DNA of 64,000 bases from Epithemia pelagica. Taxonomy: Eukaryota; Protista; Bacillariophyta. Every line of letters begins with the position of its first letter. Within the stretch, counting starts at the first letter, position 1. The position numbers were made by a program, and so were the translations under genes. The notes below the pieces were generated by a model. That model was not told where the DNA came from and did not search any database. It worked only from the letters and a program-made list of their open reading frames with translations. The DNA lies in assembly GCA_946965045.2 (NCBI GenBank), contig OX337234.1, positions 2,170,001-2,234,000 of the forward strand. Reading direction: 5' to 3'. Positions 23,401 through 33,925 of the stretch are shown piece after piece.

Positions 23401-24894
23401 CTCGTTTGTCTGTCTTTGTAGTCTGTATTGATACCACTGTAGATCATTCTAGAAAAATAATCTCCATTGCCGTAGGTCAGCATAGAGTGTTCTAGCATGT
23501 GGGTAGCATCTCGAGTAAGATGTGCCATCCCACGAGCGTACTTTGGCTCCACAGGGTATGCCATGGCCATCCAAGGTGGGAGTTTTGCTAAAAATCGTCC
23601 TTCATTCCCTTGGAAGCATGTTTTACATGCCGAGCACCTATAGTGCATGACAATGGCGTATCTTGGGGGACCAGAGCTTCCGAATAGGGGGAAAAGACAC
23701 TTGTTTTTGGAGAAATTACTCCGTGTCCGATGGAGTTTACCATTGCATAGAGGGCAAAAGAGTACTTCTCCAGGAAAAAAGAGTTCCCAATCCACAACCA
23801 AGAGTTTCTGGCGAGAAAACGAGTCGTACAAAGCACACGTGTTGGTAGCGCAGGCCGGTACACAAAATTCCATACCGTCAAAGAAGTTTGATAGCACACT
23901 CGTATCACGCTTTGTCCCCAGGCACGCTTCTTGCATAAATGAGGCAAGCGCATGCATTGTCTTGGGACACGTGATACCGTTGAATGTACCATGTGTAACC
24001 CTATGTAATATTTCCTTTTTGAAATTTTCAGCCGACATGCGCAGCTCTGTCACTGTCACACTTTGACCGTTGCTGATTTCGCCCATTCTCCCTTCTGCCA
24101 ACTTCTCACCTGTCAACGACTCTAGAGTGAGTTTTCCTGGGTTCAACACTTTTTTGGCCGTATTGGGACGCGGCTTCATGAAGTCCTCCCAGTCCTCCAT
24201 GGTGATCCCTGGTCTGTGCTTTTCAGCTTCAGACAATGGTTGTTTGTTGTTTCTTTCCCTCTCCTTCGCTGCTTTATCCACCAGTCTCTTGATCTGTCCC
24301 AGTTCGTTTGTCTTGTGTGGTTTTCCCTTTGTTTTGGTGTTGAGTGGACAGAGCATGTGGTGGGATCTGTGTGGTTTGGGGAGGTTGTTGTGTTTGGCTC
24401 TACACACACAACAATCAATCTCTTGTTGAAACTCCACGACTCCGGTAAGTGTTTGATAACCAGAGCGTCGTTGTCCGTGTCGAACAGGGAGTCGACTATA
24501 CAAGTTGCCCAGCCGTTGCGACTGGGGACCCATTGCTGCTCTTGCAGCACTTTGTGCTGCTGCAAATGATTGCACAGCACCAGAGGATGACCTACTAACC
24601 ATCTTTATTCGATTACGTTGTCTACAGGTCTGAGATGGCCAGAAAGTGGTCAATGTCTTGTTGTCGTCTTGTGTTTTGTCGACAATGGCGCGAGCGACCG
24701 CCTCGATCGGCTGATGGAATCCAACTTGGAGGTTTTTTTGGTTTTTTTCTTGCTGCCAATCCGTGATTCGGGGCCTTCGTGGGATTGGTTTTAAATCGAG
24801 GTAAGACATTTTTAACTCGTTTTTCGTTAAGTGTTTAATTGTTGTGTGACATGTCTAACCCAATCATATTGCTGCCTTGGAAAACTAACACCCC
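20442..24894 (-). mobile_element. Putative DNA transposon copy 2; ends tentative
   Basis: Starts with a G-run plus CCAAGGCAG (20442-20458) and ends with CTGCCTTGG...CCCC (24872-24894). No TSD seen. Confidence 0.45.
21075..24809 (-). CDS. Intact 1244-aa DDE-like transposase, paralog of 16897..20332
   Basis: Uninterrupted ORF. CCVC...HHMLC, CPLC...CSAC, FANDHTH, MYTDTWP, LGLFHFLQRI, RGESKLESFHDNL, C-terminal CC...RPHHNKDC. Confidence 0.75.
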   Translation of the reverse strand: MSYLDLKPIPRRPRITDWQQEKNQKNLQVGFHQPIEAVARAIVDKTQDDNKTLTTFWPSQTCRQRNRIKMVSRSSSGAVQSFAAAQSAARAAMGPQSQRLGNLYSRLPVRHGQRRSGYQTLTGVVEFQQEIDCCVCRAKHNNLPKPHRSHHMLCPLNTKTKGKPHKTNELGQIKRLVDKAAKERERNNKQPLSEAEKHRPGITMEDWEDFMKPRPNTAKKVLNPGKLTLESLTGEKLAEGRMGEISNGQSVTVTELRMSAENFKKEILHRVTHGTFNGITCPKTMHALASFMQEACLGTKRDTSVLSNFFDGMEFCVPACATNTCALYDSFSRQKLLVVDWELFFPGEVLFCPLCNGKLHRTRSNFSKNKCLFPLFGSSGPPRYAIVMHYRCSACKTCFQGNEGRFLAKLPPWMAMAYPVEPKYARGMAHLTRDATHMLEHSMLTYGNGDYFSRMIYSGINTDYKDRQTRYYSFCASTGQKSEDYPKKDGEWLVNFPPQGDTIRQLYDDAASSNWNWWGLSDHDRHTREMQMVRCKRTFANDHTHQTVKNYPSACKAKALFDVANKKGEIACAILVENTKIQEVSHAVEQLARRPWFCPKAMYTDTWPSSIDFWVLIWGDEVKGCLGLFHFLQRIVKTLRPRHIDYGRALRDFKMALYEYNDEDMNNVLQALKEGKMSSSKKQYTEGEIQDLLDTPEFGRRYEKYIRKMIRSKEVIIAKLEEFKVTYKVTATPGKPSARGRRDPRTNQPLFTEDTHLAIENCKQKAVYLSDPLPLEDMYLTVAANKNSRHSLPEYIAVRGESKLESFHDNLANFANCGMRESLADNLNLQGTAHYNLTIRFKHRLLAMTLDERSLVPAGWECVVPYWNHTELRFINEMAVSSGSQQQFQWVENLPEDTGERFFSEYLAQQSRRKLEIPKHPLNDRCQCCLCAKSVVRLPHDKSFHPPPAPTLSTLPPVQTVQGMIVNPYRKRTPSNNSDETNRDNEHDKREENEKNESEDGNSPKSSPNNQSEGLLCVPIVGNPTAVESEKEQHVQKNQNASEKETITTMESGDSEPQQEESTYIKNVGEQEPSETRPLVPQAQQQEQAGEARHQESSTSQTKKQMREENQQEQERAQHRREIMQQLNSARFSSGFGTVNKNDRITSTPARITTTNTTHAQQELTTMTTSQASGPLAQTLLALSLLMPNLVQQQHHAATTTWMRPTPRNQRQFCCPKYFEYFENGKRGRPHHNKDCPNKNTKKP

Positions 24895-24898
24895 GTAT

Positions 24899-25327
24899 TG
24901 CCTCGTCTCGGGTTGTGCCCATTTCGGCCTAGAAACACCCTTTGGGCACATAGTTTCAACTAGATAGAACATGATCAATATTAGGCCTACGGCAACGTGT
25001 GGATGCTCAAAGTTCTTCTCCAAGACATCCTCTATCAACATTTGATACCCCATTGCACCCATATATGACATATCTAGGTCATATGAGCGCCTAGCCAAAA
25101 ACCGAGCACAACCCCCCAAAGGAGGTGCTATGGAGGCACTCATATGACCTAGATATGTCATATATGGGTGCAATGGGGTATCAAATGTTGATAGAGGATG
25201 TCTTGGAGAAGAACTTTGAGCATCCACACGTTGCCGTAGGCCTAATATTGATCATGTTCTATCTAGTTGAAACTATGTGCCCAAAGGGTGTTTCTAGGCC
25301 GAAATGGGCACAACCCGAGACGAGGCA
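24899..25327. repeat. Perfect 189-bp inverted repeat with a 51-bp spacer (foldback)
   Basis: 24899-25087 is the reverse complement of 25139-25327. The ORF track shows identical peptides on both strands (YDLDMSYMGAMGYQMLIEDV...). Confidence 0.95.
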
Positions 25328-25547
25328 CTATATGAGACTATTGATAGGCAGTTTGGCTACGCTAGAGGCATCTTACGGAGACATAGTGAGGGTAGCAGTA
25401 AGAATGCCCCCCTCTTACTTCCCTACCGCTGGAGAGTAATACTTGAGATTGCAAGGTCGCGCATTCTGGCATCTGGCTCTAGAAAGAAAAAGATACGGCT
25501 TCCTTTTTCCAAGAACATGAATTGCTCTATCAATATTGCGGGGTTCT

Positions 25548-27490
25548 ATGAAGAACTTGACAAATCTCCCTTCACGTCTGTTCGGCACGACTTCAAGAGT
25601 TGGTTTTCTCTGGACGACGAGATTGTTATTCCCAGTGATTGCATCGCTGTCAGCTTCTGTCGCAATGTCCACGTCGTCGAGCTCCAGCGGCGTCGGACGA
25701 TGGGTAGCCGGTGAATCCTCCCAAATTGATTTGGCCAAAAAGTTGGATGTGTGGCCTCTCGATGAATACAATGCAGCCCTACTGAATGAAGTACATCCTC
25801 TGGACTATACGTCGTCCACGGAAACCCCGCACGATGTGTATGACATTATTGCGATTGGATCGGGGGCAGGAGGATTGGTGACATCCAAGCAGGTACGCAC
25901 ATTATTCGCTCAATGACATGTCTACAGGTATTGTGATATTCTAAACCATGTTTTTACACGTTGCCTGATACAGTCTGCTCGCCGTGGAGCCAAGAGTGCC
26001 TTGATATCGGCTCATCTTGCAGGTGGCGACTGCTTGAATGTAGGCTGCGTACCGTCCAAAGCCCTTCTCCGTGCCGCCAAGGCCGTTGCAGAAGTGAAGC
26101 GAGCTTCCGAATTTGGCATTGTTCTCCCAGAAGGAGAAGTGAAAATTGATTTCGCCAAGATCATGGCTCGTCTGCGCGAGCGACGCAATATGATTGCACC
26201 TGCAGACGGCCATGCTGGAACGGCGGGCACAGGTGCCCATGTGTTTCAGGGCTTTGGAAAGTTCACTGGACCAGGTTCGTGTTGAGATATTGTTGGGGAT
26301 AGTTGTATGCATGTGTTCACTTGCTCTAACGATGGTTCGCGCACACAGATACTGTCGAAGTAAATGGTACAACCCTTAAATTCAAGAAGGCGGTCGTAGC
26401 AACTGGAGGAAGACCATCGGTACCGAATGTTCCGGGTTTATCGGAAGCTCCCTATACCACCAACGAAGTTCTATTCAATTTGGAAGTGCTGCCACCTCGC
26501 ATGGTGATCCTTGGTGCAGGAGTGATAGCTTTAGAAATGGCACAATGCTTTGCTTTGTTTGGAAGTCATGTGACCGTCCTCGTAAGGTCAAAGAGATTGT
26601 TCGAATCAAAGCAGGGAGACGCTGAAGCTGCTGAACTGTTACGTCGTGAACTTGAAAAGTCTGGAGTTCACTTTGTTTCGGGCTCTACGAAACAGGTGGA
26701 AACACTTCGTGAGCGAACCAACGATCCATCAGAGCTTCCCCTGGTGAAAGTTACAGTGGGAACGGAAACTGGAACTCTGGATCTCGAATGTGAGTGTTTG
26801 TTGGTGGCTACTGGTCGCTCTTCCAATGTTGAAAACTTGGGTCTGGAAAACGCTGGTATTGAATATCAGATTGGCAAGGGAGTGGAAATTAACGACTTCG
26901 CACAAACATCCAACCCAAATGTTTATGCAGTTGGAGATGCTGCCTTAGGTGTCCCTCGTCTCACGCATATGAGTGGTGAAATGGCGAAACTAGTCGTTCA
27001 GGTGAGTTTTAACAAGTTTTGTTGAGAGATTGACACACTGGATGCCTCATCCGTGATCATGTCTACCCAGAATGCTTTGTTTGATGACGACTGGCGATTG
27101 AGCAGTTTTGTGGTACCAGCTGTTGCCTATACGGAGCCTGAATACGCCACTGCCGGAATCTCTTCGGAAGAGATGGCGACAAAGAAAGGCATCGAAGTGG
27201 ACGTGTATCGAGCCGGATTGGAGCACAACGATCGCGCGATTCTAGAAAGCAACAATGTTGGATTTTGCAAAATAGTTTGTGCCAAAGGCACGGACGAGAT
27301 CTTGGGATGCACAATCGTTGGTGAACGAGCAGGTGAGATGATCAACGAAGTGACGTTGGCCATGAAAAACAAGATTGGATTGAAGCAAATAGGTCGAAAT
27401 ATTCACAGTTACCCGACAACTGGTGAAGCAGTCATGGGCTGCGGAATTGGTTACATAAACTCTCACTGGAAACGATTGGACGTGGACTGA
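25548..27490 (+). CDS. Class-I pyridine nucleotide-disulfide oxidoreductase (mercuric-reductase-like / DLD family), about 4 exons
   Basis: IAIGSGAGG, GGDCLNVGCVPSKALL (redox CxxxxC), ILGAGVIALE, VYAVGD, HSYPTTGEA. N-terminal organellar-type presequence. GT-AG introns near 25893, 26275 and 27002. Confidence 0.85.
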
Positions 27491-28203
27491 GTTTTACGGA
27501 GAAATGTCATCCAAATAGATCTGTGCATCAGATATGCAACTGTTCTGCTTTATCTCAATCAACAATTAATAGATACCTTGTCCGCTAGTTATTGCTTGTC
27601 GCATGTTTAGACGTTTAGGCATTGCCCAAACTGTTGTTTCCTGAAATGAACGCCAGCTCCACGGTTTAGGCGACGCTGAAATCGCAACTCTAACTTAAAA
27701 CGCAGTGGACTCCTACTCCTACTAGGAGTACGAGTAACACCAACCACCGAATCCCCATGCGGCATAGGATTCATAGCCATGGTCGTGACTCGTGACTGCG
27801 GGCTAGAGATGGGACTCGGGACTCGGGACTGAGAAAGATGTTCCATGTTCCATGGGATTCAAGTCATCTCCATGATTGAAAAGTCGTGAGACGATGACCT
27901 AACGCGCAAAACACAAGACCCCCAAAGTCAAAAGCCAACGATTCCTTTTGTGGAAGACGTGAGCTTTCTTTCGTGTTGTTGGATTACACTGAACATCGCT
28001 TCAGTTCGTGTCCCTTGACTGAGTTAAAGGAGAAGATCCTTCGCGACAGGCTCTTTGGCGTTATCAGAGAGGCTACCCCTACTCGAAATCTTTTCTGTTC
28101 CCCCTTCGATTGGCATTTCTACGGCTCGTTGACCTTCTACGAGCGTGAGAGGATCATCTTCTCTTGAATCGTATTCTACGACGATCTTTGAATTTCTTCA
28201 AAC

Positions 28204-30483
28204 ATGTCCTTTAAGACAAAGTTACAAGTGGGCAATTTGCCCTCCAACAAGCTCGCGTTGACCAACAAGGTCTACGTGTCCACTGGTGTCATCAAAAAGA
28301 TGGACGCCATGTTTCAACAAAAAGGAATCCAAAGCATTGGTACGAAATCAATCTGTCACTTGATCGCTGTCAATGGCCATCCTTATGCAGTGGAGGGGAA
28401 TGAACAGATTCCAGATGATCAAATTGCCATGAATGGATTGCATCGCCGCTTTGCCAAACTTTCCATTGGAGCATCGGTCCAGATCACCAGTATGGATCCA
28501 CCTCCCTTGCCCTTGGCTACTTTGAACTTTGCCGTGGATACTTTGGCCAAAAAGCAGGCCGCTCCTAAAGGACGGGAAGTGGCGATTGATACCAATCGGT
28601 TGGCACAAACTGTGTTGATAGTGCTTGAGAATCAAGTTTTGGAGAAGGGACAAAGCGTGGCCCTAGATTTTGAAGGCACCAAATATGAAATTACTGCCGA
28701 CAAAATGCAAGCGCTGGATCTTCGCAAAAAGGCCAAGAAAACTGATCAACAGCAGCAAGAAGATGTTTGGGCAGGACAGTTACTGGAGCCGACGCAACTC
28801 ACCTTTTCTTTGGCCGACGGAACGCGAGGGCTGGCGCTCGAAGGAGACATGGTGGCAGATGGTGGTGCTGGAACGGCACAGTCCATCTTTTTGAATGATT
28901 TTGACTTTGAAAAGCTTGGTATTGGAGGACTGGACGCTGAGTTCAATCAGATCTTTCGTCGTGCTTTTGCCAGTCGATTGTGGCCACCCTCTGTCATTAA
29001 ACAAATGGGCATTAACCACGTTCGTGGTATGCTGCTCTTTGGGCCACCGGGGTGTGGTAAGACACTGATTGCTCGACAGATTGGTAAAGCTCTCAATGCC
29101 CGTGACCCCAAAATTGTGAATGGACCCGAAATCTTGGACAAGTTTGTAGGTGGTAGTGAGGAAAAGATTCGTGAACTTTTCAAGGAAGCCGAACAGGAAC
29201 AGAATGAACGAGGTGACAAATCAATGTTACATATTATCATTTTGGACGAAATGGATGCCATTTGCAAGCAACGTGGAACTGTACGGGATGGTACGGGTGT
29301 ACAAGACTCGGTTGTAAACCAGCTCTTGTCCAAGATTGATGGTGTTGACTCCCTCAACAATATTCTGTTGATTGGAATGACAAATCGAAAAGATATGATT
29401 GATGATGCGCTCCTACGTCCTGGTCGTCTCGAAGTTCATGTAGAAATTGGCCTGCCAGATACCAAAGGTCGGCTGCAAATTCTCAATATTCACACGAGAA
29501 GCATGAAAGAATCCAAACGTCTTGCATCGGATGTTGTCAAGCGTTTGCCCGAAATTGCCGAAAAGACTAAAAACTTCTCAGGGGCGGAAATCGAAGGTCT
29601 TGTCAAGGCAGCAAGTTCCTTTGCCCTAGGCCGTTGCATTGACCATAAGAACCTGAGTAAGGCTCCGGATACCTCTAAGCTCGTGCTGACGTACGACGAT
29701 TTGATTCAGGCTCTCGATGATGTGGAACCGAAATTCGGAGCGAAATCACAAGAGCTCAAAGCGTTTTATCGAAATGGTTTTGTCAATTATGGAGAAACGT
29801 TCGATACGCTCATGCAATCCCTTCAGCGTTTGGTTGATCAAGTGCGCGTAAGCACCAAGACGCCCTTGTTGTCTGTCTTGTTGCATGGAGCGTCTGCCGT
29901 AGGCAAGACGGCTTTGGCAGCAAAGCTGGCGGTGGAGTCGGGTTTCCCTTTTGTTCGAATGATTTCGGCCGATGAGATGATTGGATATTCCGATGTATCC
30001 AAAAGTCAACTGATTCATAAGGTGTTTATGGATTCATATAAATCGCCTCTCAGTCTTATCCTGATTGATGACATTGAGCGTATCATTGATTATGTGCCGA
30101 TTGGGCCTCGTTTCAGTAACACGGTACTTCAAACACTTTTGGTTCTTCTCAAAAAGATTCCACCCGATGAGAATCGGCGTTTGCTTGTGATTGGAACGAC
30201 GTCTGTGCCACGAAATTTGGAAGATTTGGGTATCACAGAATCATTCTCCGTTGCACAACCAGTACCATTGCTGGAAGACCCTGCTGCCATTGCACGAGTA
30301 TTGCAAGATTCGGCCACAGTTGACTCAAAAACATCGGCGACAATCGCGAGGAAAATCAACAAACCGATTGGTGTGAAACAGTTGCTCATGGTGGCAGAAA
30401 TGGCGCAGCAGGGCGTTGCTGGAGAAGGGGGACCGTTGGATGCCAACATCTTTATGGAATGCCTACATACAGCAGGATTCTAA
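28204..30483 (+). CDS. NSF: Vesicle-fusing ATPase NSF/Sec18
   Basis: GIGGLDAEFNQIFRRAFASR, GPPGCGKTLIARQIG, DEMDAICKQRG, LRPGRLEV, second AAA domain. Confidence 0.97.
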   Translation: MSFKTKLQVGNLPSNKLALTNKVYVSTGVIKKMDAMFQQKGIQSIGTKSICHLIAVNGHPYAVEGNEQIPDDQIAMNGLHRRFAKLSIGASVQITSMDPPPLPLATLNFAVDTLAKKQAAPKGREVAIDTNRLAQTVLIVLENQVLEKGQSVALDFEGTKYEITADKMQALDLRKKAKKTDQQQQEDVWAGQLLEPTQLTFSLADGTRGLALEGDMVADGGAGTAQSIFLNDFDFEKLGIGGLDAEFNQIFRRAFASRLWPPSVIKQMGINHVRGMLLFGPPGCGKTLIARQIGKALNARDPKIVNGPEILDKFVGGSEEKIRELFKEAEQEQNERGDKSMLHIIILDEMDAICKQRGTVRDGTGVQDSVVNQLLSKIDGVDSLNNILLIGMTNRKDMIDDALLRPGRLEVHVEIGLPDTKGRLQILNIHTRSMKESKRLASDVVKRLPEIAEKTKNFSGAEIEGLVKAASSFALGRCIDHKNLSKAPDTSKLVLTYDDLIQALDDVEPKFGAKSQELKAFYRNGFVNYGETFDTLMQSLQRLVDQVRVSTKTPLLSVLLHGASAVGKTALAAKLAVESGFPFVRMISADEMIGYSDVSKSQLIHKVFMDSYKSPLSLILIDDIERIIDYVPIGPRFSNTVLQTLLVLLKKIPPDENRRLLVIGTTSVPRNLEDLGITESFSVAQPVPLLEDPAAIARVLQDSATVDSKTSATIARKINKPIGVKQLLMVAEMAQQGVAGEGGPLDANIFMECLHTAGF

Positions 30484-30623
30484 GCATCGCGCGTCTAGAG
30501 TACACATCACGGGTGATCTAAATAAAACTGGAACGATAATATAAAGATATAGCAGCATGAATCATTTTCTTAACTGCGACATTTTACAACGAACAAGTAA
30601 CCTTTGTTAGATTCAGAGTGTTA

Positions 30624-32558
30624 TCAGTGGGAAAACTGTCGATTGTCTCCCTTTGGTCGCTTCCCATATGGATTGGACGCAGAGAAGGCATGTCCTGTCC
30701 CACTTTGCCGTTGGCCCTTCACCTTTTTGGTGCGCCGTTGCTGTCCCTTGTCTTTCCCAAATGCTAAATCTACTCGTGGGGGCACGGTAAATCCAAAGGC
30801 ACGTCCCACCGCTTGCAAATCCAACTCATGCACGTTGAATATATCTCGATGACTATGACTGGCATAGGCCAACATGTAACTTCGATAGGCATCGCGAGCA
30901 GAGCAATTGAGATAGTAATTGGTTTCAATGAGCTTTTGCAATTGCGACTGCACATTGGCCACCTTATTGTCTGGAAATTCGTATTCATTCAATGATACCT
31001 TGGCGGCTTTGAGGTATTTGAGAAAGCCAGTTTCTTCTGGCGTGAGGAAAAGCAGTGCTCGGCCAGACCCAGTTGCACCACGGGCTGTGCGACCTACACG
31101 ATGAATGTATTCCTTTGGGTCGTCGGGAGGGTCGAACTGAATGATCCAATCAACCGAAGGAATGTCTAATCCTCGGGCTGCCACATCCGTGCACAGCAAA
31201 GTTCCAGTTTGATTTTTGCAAAATTGGAAAAATGTTGTTGTCCGCTTCACTTGCTTTTGTCTCCCATGAATGTCCATACATGGAATGTCAATGTAGTTGA
31301 GGAGTTCTGCATGAAACTTGACCGAGTTGCAGGAAGAGAAGAACACCATTATCTTTTTGTTCTTGTTCTTTTTCAAAAAGGTGAAGAGCAACAAGAATCG
31401 TTTCTGCGATGGACATGTAACGTATCCCTGTTCCAAGCCAGCAGCAGTTGCAAGTTGCGTGTCACTAGGCACATCGACAAAGATAGAATTTTTTGGATTG
31501 ATGGAGAGTCGAGCCAAGTCTTCGACTTTCTTCGTTTGCGTGGCCGAGAAGAGCATGGTTTGTCGCTCCTTTGGTAAAAGTTTGAGGATTGCCCGTAAAT
31601 CATCTTCAAATCCTTGTTCCAATATACGATCTGCTTCGTCCATCACCAAAGCCACTAAATTGCGAAAGACAAAGCCTTTGGAATTTTGTAAGTGGTCCAA
31701 CAATCGTCCTGGTGTGCAAATTACGAGATTCACCCCCTTTGCCAATCGATCAGCCTCTGTTTTGCGATTGGCACCACCCATAATGAGACCATACGTTTGA
31801 CTGTGCTTGCCATGAGTACACAGCTCTTGCAGCACTCCATAGATTTGCAAGGCCAATTCGCGCGTAGGAGAAATGACGATGACGCCAGTTCCATTTTTGT
31901 TTGTAAACTTGGCCTTATGCAACAATTCAATGCAGGGAAGCAAGAAGGCCAACGTTTTGCCACTTCCTGTTTTGGCTGCACCAATTAAATCTTTGCCTGT
32001 CAAGAGAGCTGGAATCGCCATACTTTGAATTTGCGTCATGCGGGTAAAGCCCATTTCCTTCAAGCCAAATTGTGTCTTGTCAGACAGAGGGAGACTGGTA
32101 AAGACATCCTTCTTGTTTGTTGAGTAGAAGTTTGGTTTGTCGTCGTTCAAGTCATCTTTGTTCTTGTCGTCATCATCATCGTTTGTTTGTGCATTGTCGC
32201 TTCCTTCCTTGTCATCCGATTTTGGTTCCGACTCTTCCACCTCTATCGGCTTGGCTTTCTTCGTCGACTTGCCATCAGATTCGTTCAATCTGCGCTTTTT
32301 CTTTTGCGAACTTCCGCACTCATCAACAGAATCAGATGATTCTCTTCCACTTGTTTGATCATTCTTGGTTTGATCCTCACTAACCTTCGAAGGCGTTCGC
32401 AATGGCGGAGTTGATACATTCTCATCGGAGGAAGCGTCCTGCGATTTTCCTGGAGCTCCTTCGATCACAGTCCCCTCTCCATTCACCTCATCCTTTGACT
32501 GAGCCTTTGCTTTCTTCTTTTCCGCCTTTTCCTTTTTACTTTTCTTGTTCTTTCCCAT
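30624..32558 (-). CDS. HAS1: DEAD-box RNA helicase HAS1/DDX18
   Basis: Q motif [49 protein letters not shown]. Likely ATG at MGKNKKSKK. Confidence 0.95.
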   Translation of the reverse strand: MGKNKKSKKEKAEKKKAKAQSKDEVNGEGTVIEGAPGKSQDASSDENVSTPPLRTPSKVSEDQTKNDQTSGRESSDSVDECGSSQKKKRRLNESDGKSTKKAKPIEVEESEPKSDDKEGSDNAQTNDDDDDKNKDDLNDDKPNFYSTNKKDVFTSLPLSDKTQFGLKEMGFTRMTQIQSMAIPALLTGKDLIGAAKTGSGKTLAFLLPCIELLHKAKFTNKNGTGVIVISPTRELALQIYGVLQELCTHGKHSQTYGLIMGGANRKTEADRLAKGVNLVICTPGRLLDHLQNSKGFVFRNLVALVMDEADRILEQGFEDDLRAILKLLPKERQTMLFSATQTKKVEDLARLSINPKNSIFVDVPSDTQLATAAGLEQGYVTCPSQKRFLLLFTFLKKNKNKKIMVFFSSCNSVKFHAELLNYIDIPCMDIHGRQKQVKRTTTFFQFCKNQTGTLLCTDVAARGLDIPSVDWIIQFDPPDDPKEYIHRVGRTARGATGSGRALLFLTPEETGFLKYLKAAKVSLNEYEFPDNKVANVQSQLQKLIETNYYLNCSARDAYRSYMLAYASHSHRDIFNVHELDLQAVGRAFGFTVPPRVDLAFGKDKGQQRRTKKVKGQRQSGTGHAFSASNPYGKRPKGDNRQFSH

Positions 32559-32746
32559 GATGCATGCCGAGAGCGAGGAGACGTGAGACACAAGAAGAAA
32601 GGAAAGGGAGAAAAATGTGATGGTTGGAGGAAAAGCAAGTCGACGACGGACGGACGAAGTACGGTCGGGAGTCGGGACGCTTTTGAGACGCACATGATCA
32701 TTTTTGAGCGTCCGTACGACGTCGGCGTTGGTATCTTCTCTTGCCG

Positions 32747-33664
32747 ATGATGGATTCTGGAATTCGAAGGCTGTCGTTCACCATGATGTCCTCGCTGTGG
32801 CGGTCTTCCACCACGTCTTTTTCCAGATTTGCGGGCACTTGTTTTCGACATGGCCCAGCCAGAAGCAATCAAGGCTTGAAACAACAACAAAATCGCGTCT
32901 GTTTGTACTCAACGTTGAAACAATGGTCGTGGTCCAATTCAGGCAGCAGCAGTGGGCCAAAACACCATCCACGACACTGCAGTGACAATTCAAACTTCTC
33001 GACATCTGCTATAGGAAATTTCATCTACAATAAGTCAAGTGCTTCATCTGGGATTATGGCAACGTCCGCTCGTCACATGTCCTTGACGAGACAAAAGAAG
33101 AAACGTCTACGACGTGCCATTGAGCGAAAGGCAAAACGAGAAGCCGGAATTCCTCGACCCTTGCCAAGCGGCTACGTGGACCCCACAACTCCCGTCATTG
33201 GTGCAATTTCCCGTGAGGAACAAGAAGCTCGTCGGGCTGAAAGAAAGAAAAATGAAGTTTTGGAGGTTCCCGAGGAAAAAGATACTGGACTGCCTCCCTT
33301 GCTTTATCCATTCCATTCTTCCGTCCAGGATACTGAAAAATCATTGACCATAAGTCCCAAGGTGGCCAAAGTCTTGGCTTTGAGCAATGCGACTCAGAGT
33401 CGCGTCGTTCAGGCTCAGAAAGCGGCTGGTATGAAACTGTTTCAATATCGTGAGGGTGATACGGGGTCCTCCTCCGTACAAATCATTGCTCTGACAGCTC
33501 GCATTCAACAGATGGAAACTCACTTGATTATGCATCCCAAAGACAAGTCTGGAAAGCGGGGAACGATTATTTTGCGCGCTCGCCGACGCAAAATGCTTCA
33601 ATACCTGGAACGAAAAGATTTTCCTGCCTACTGCAAGATCGTGACCGCTTTGGGACTTCGATAA
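32747..33664 (+). CDS. Ribosomal protein S15 family protein, probably mitochondrial (uS15m)
   Basis: [16 protein letters not shown]...[10 protein letters not shown]...[13 protein letters not shown]...LGLR. Arg/Ser-rich presequence. Confidence 0.9.
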   Translation: MMDSGIRRLSFTMMSSLWRSSTTSFSRFAGTCFRHGPARSNQGLKQQQNRVCLYSTLKQWSWSNSGSSSGPKHHPRHCSDNSNFSTSAIGNFIYNKSSASSGIMATSARHMSLTRQKKKRLRRAIERKAKREAGIPRPLPSGYVDPTTPVIGAISREEQEARRAERKKNEVLEVPEEKDTGLPPLLYPFHSSVQDTEKSLTISPKVAKVLALSNATQSRVVQAQKAAGMKLFQYREGDTGSSSVQIIALTARIQQMETHLIMHPKDKSGKRGTIILRARRRKMLQYLERKDFPAYCKIVTALGLR

Positions 33665-33925
33665 ACCTCAAGTAATCTTGCTTATAAAGATTGCTATAGG
33701 AAACTAAGAGTTAGTGACATTATTTGTAAAGGCATGTATGGAGCTCTGCAAATCAAGGTACTGCGACAGAGACACCCTTTGCGTACTTCTTCCACTGGAC
33801 TGGTTCAACTAAAACGTAGGATCACCGAGCAGCTGGCATGCAGACGATAGACTCTACACTCAACAAAATGACACATAGCATCGAGAACACCTTTAGTCAA
33901 AAGCATGATTATCCGACTAGAGAGA

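Noticed and set aside
24835-25439. Two near-identical ORFs on opposite strands
   Set aside because: Artefact of the 189-bp palindrome.
25548-27490. Calling the gene merA
   Set aside because: No C-terminal Cys-Cys pair or metal-binding N-terminal domain.
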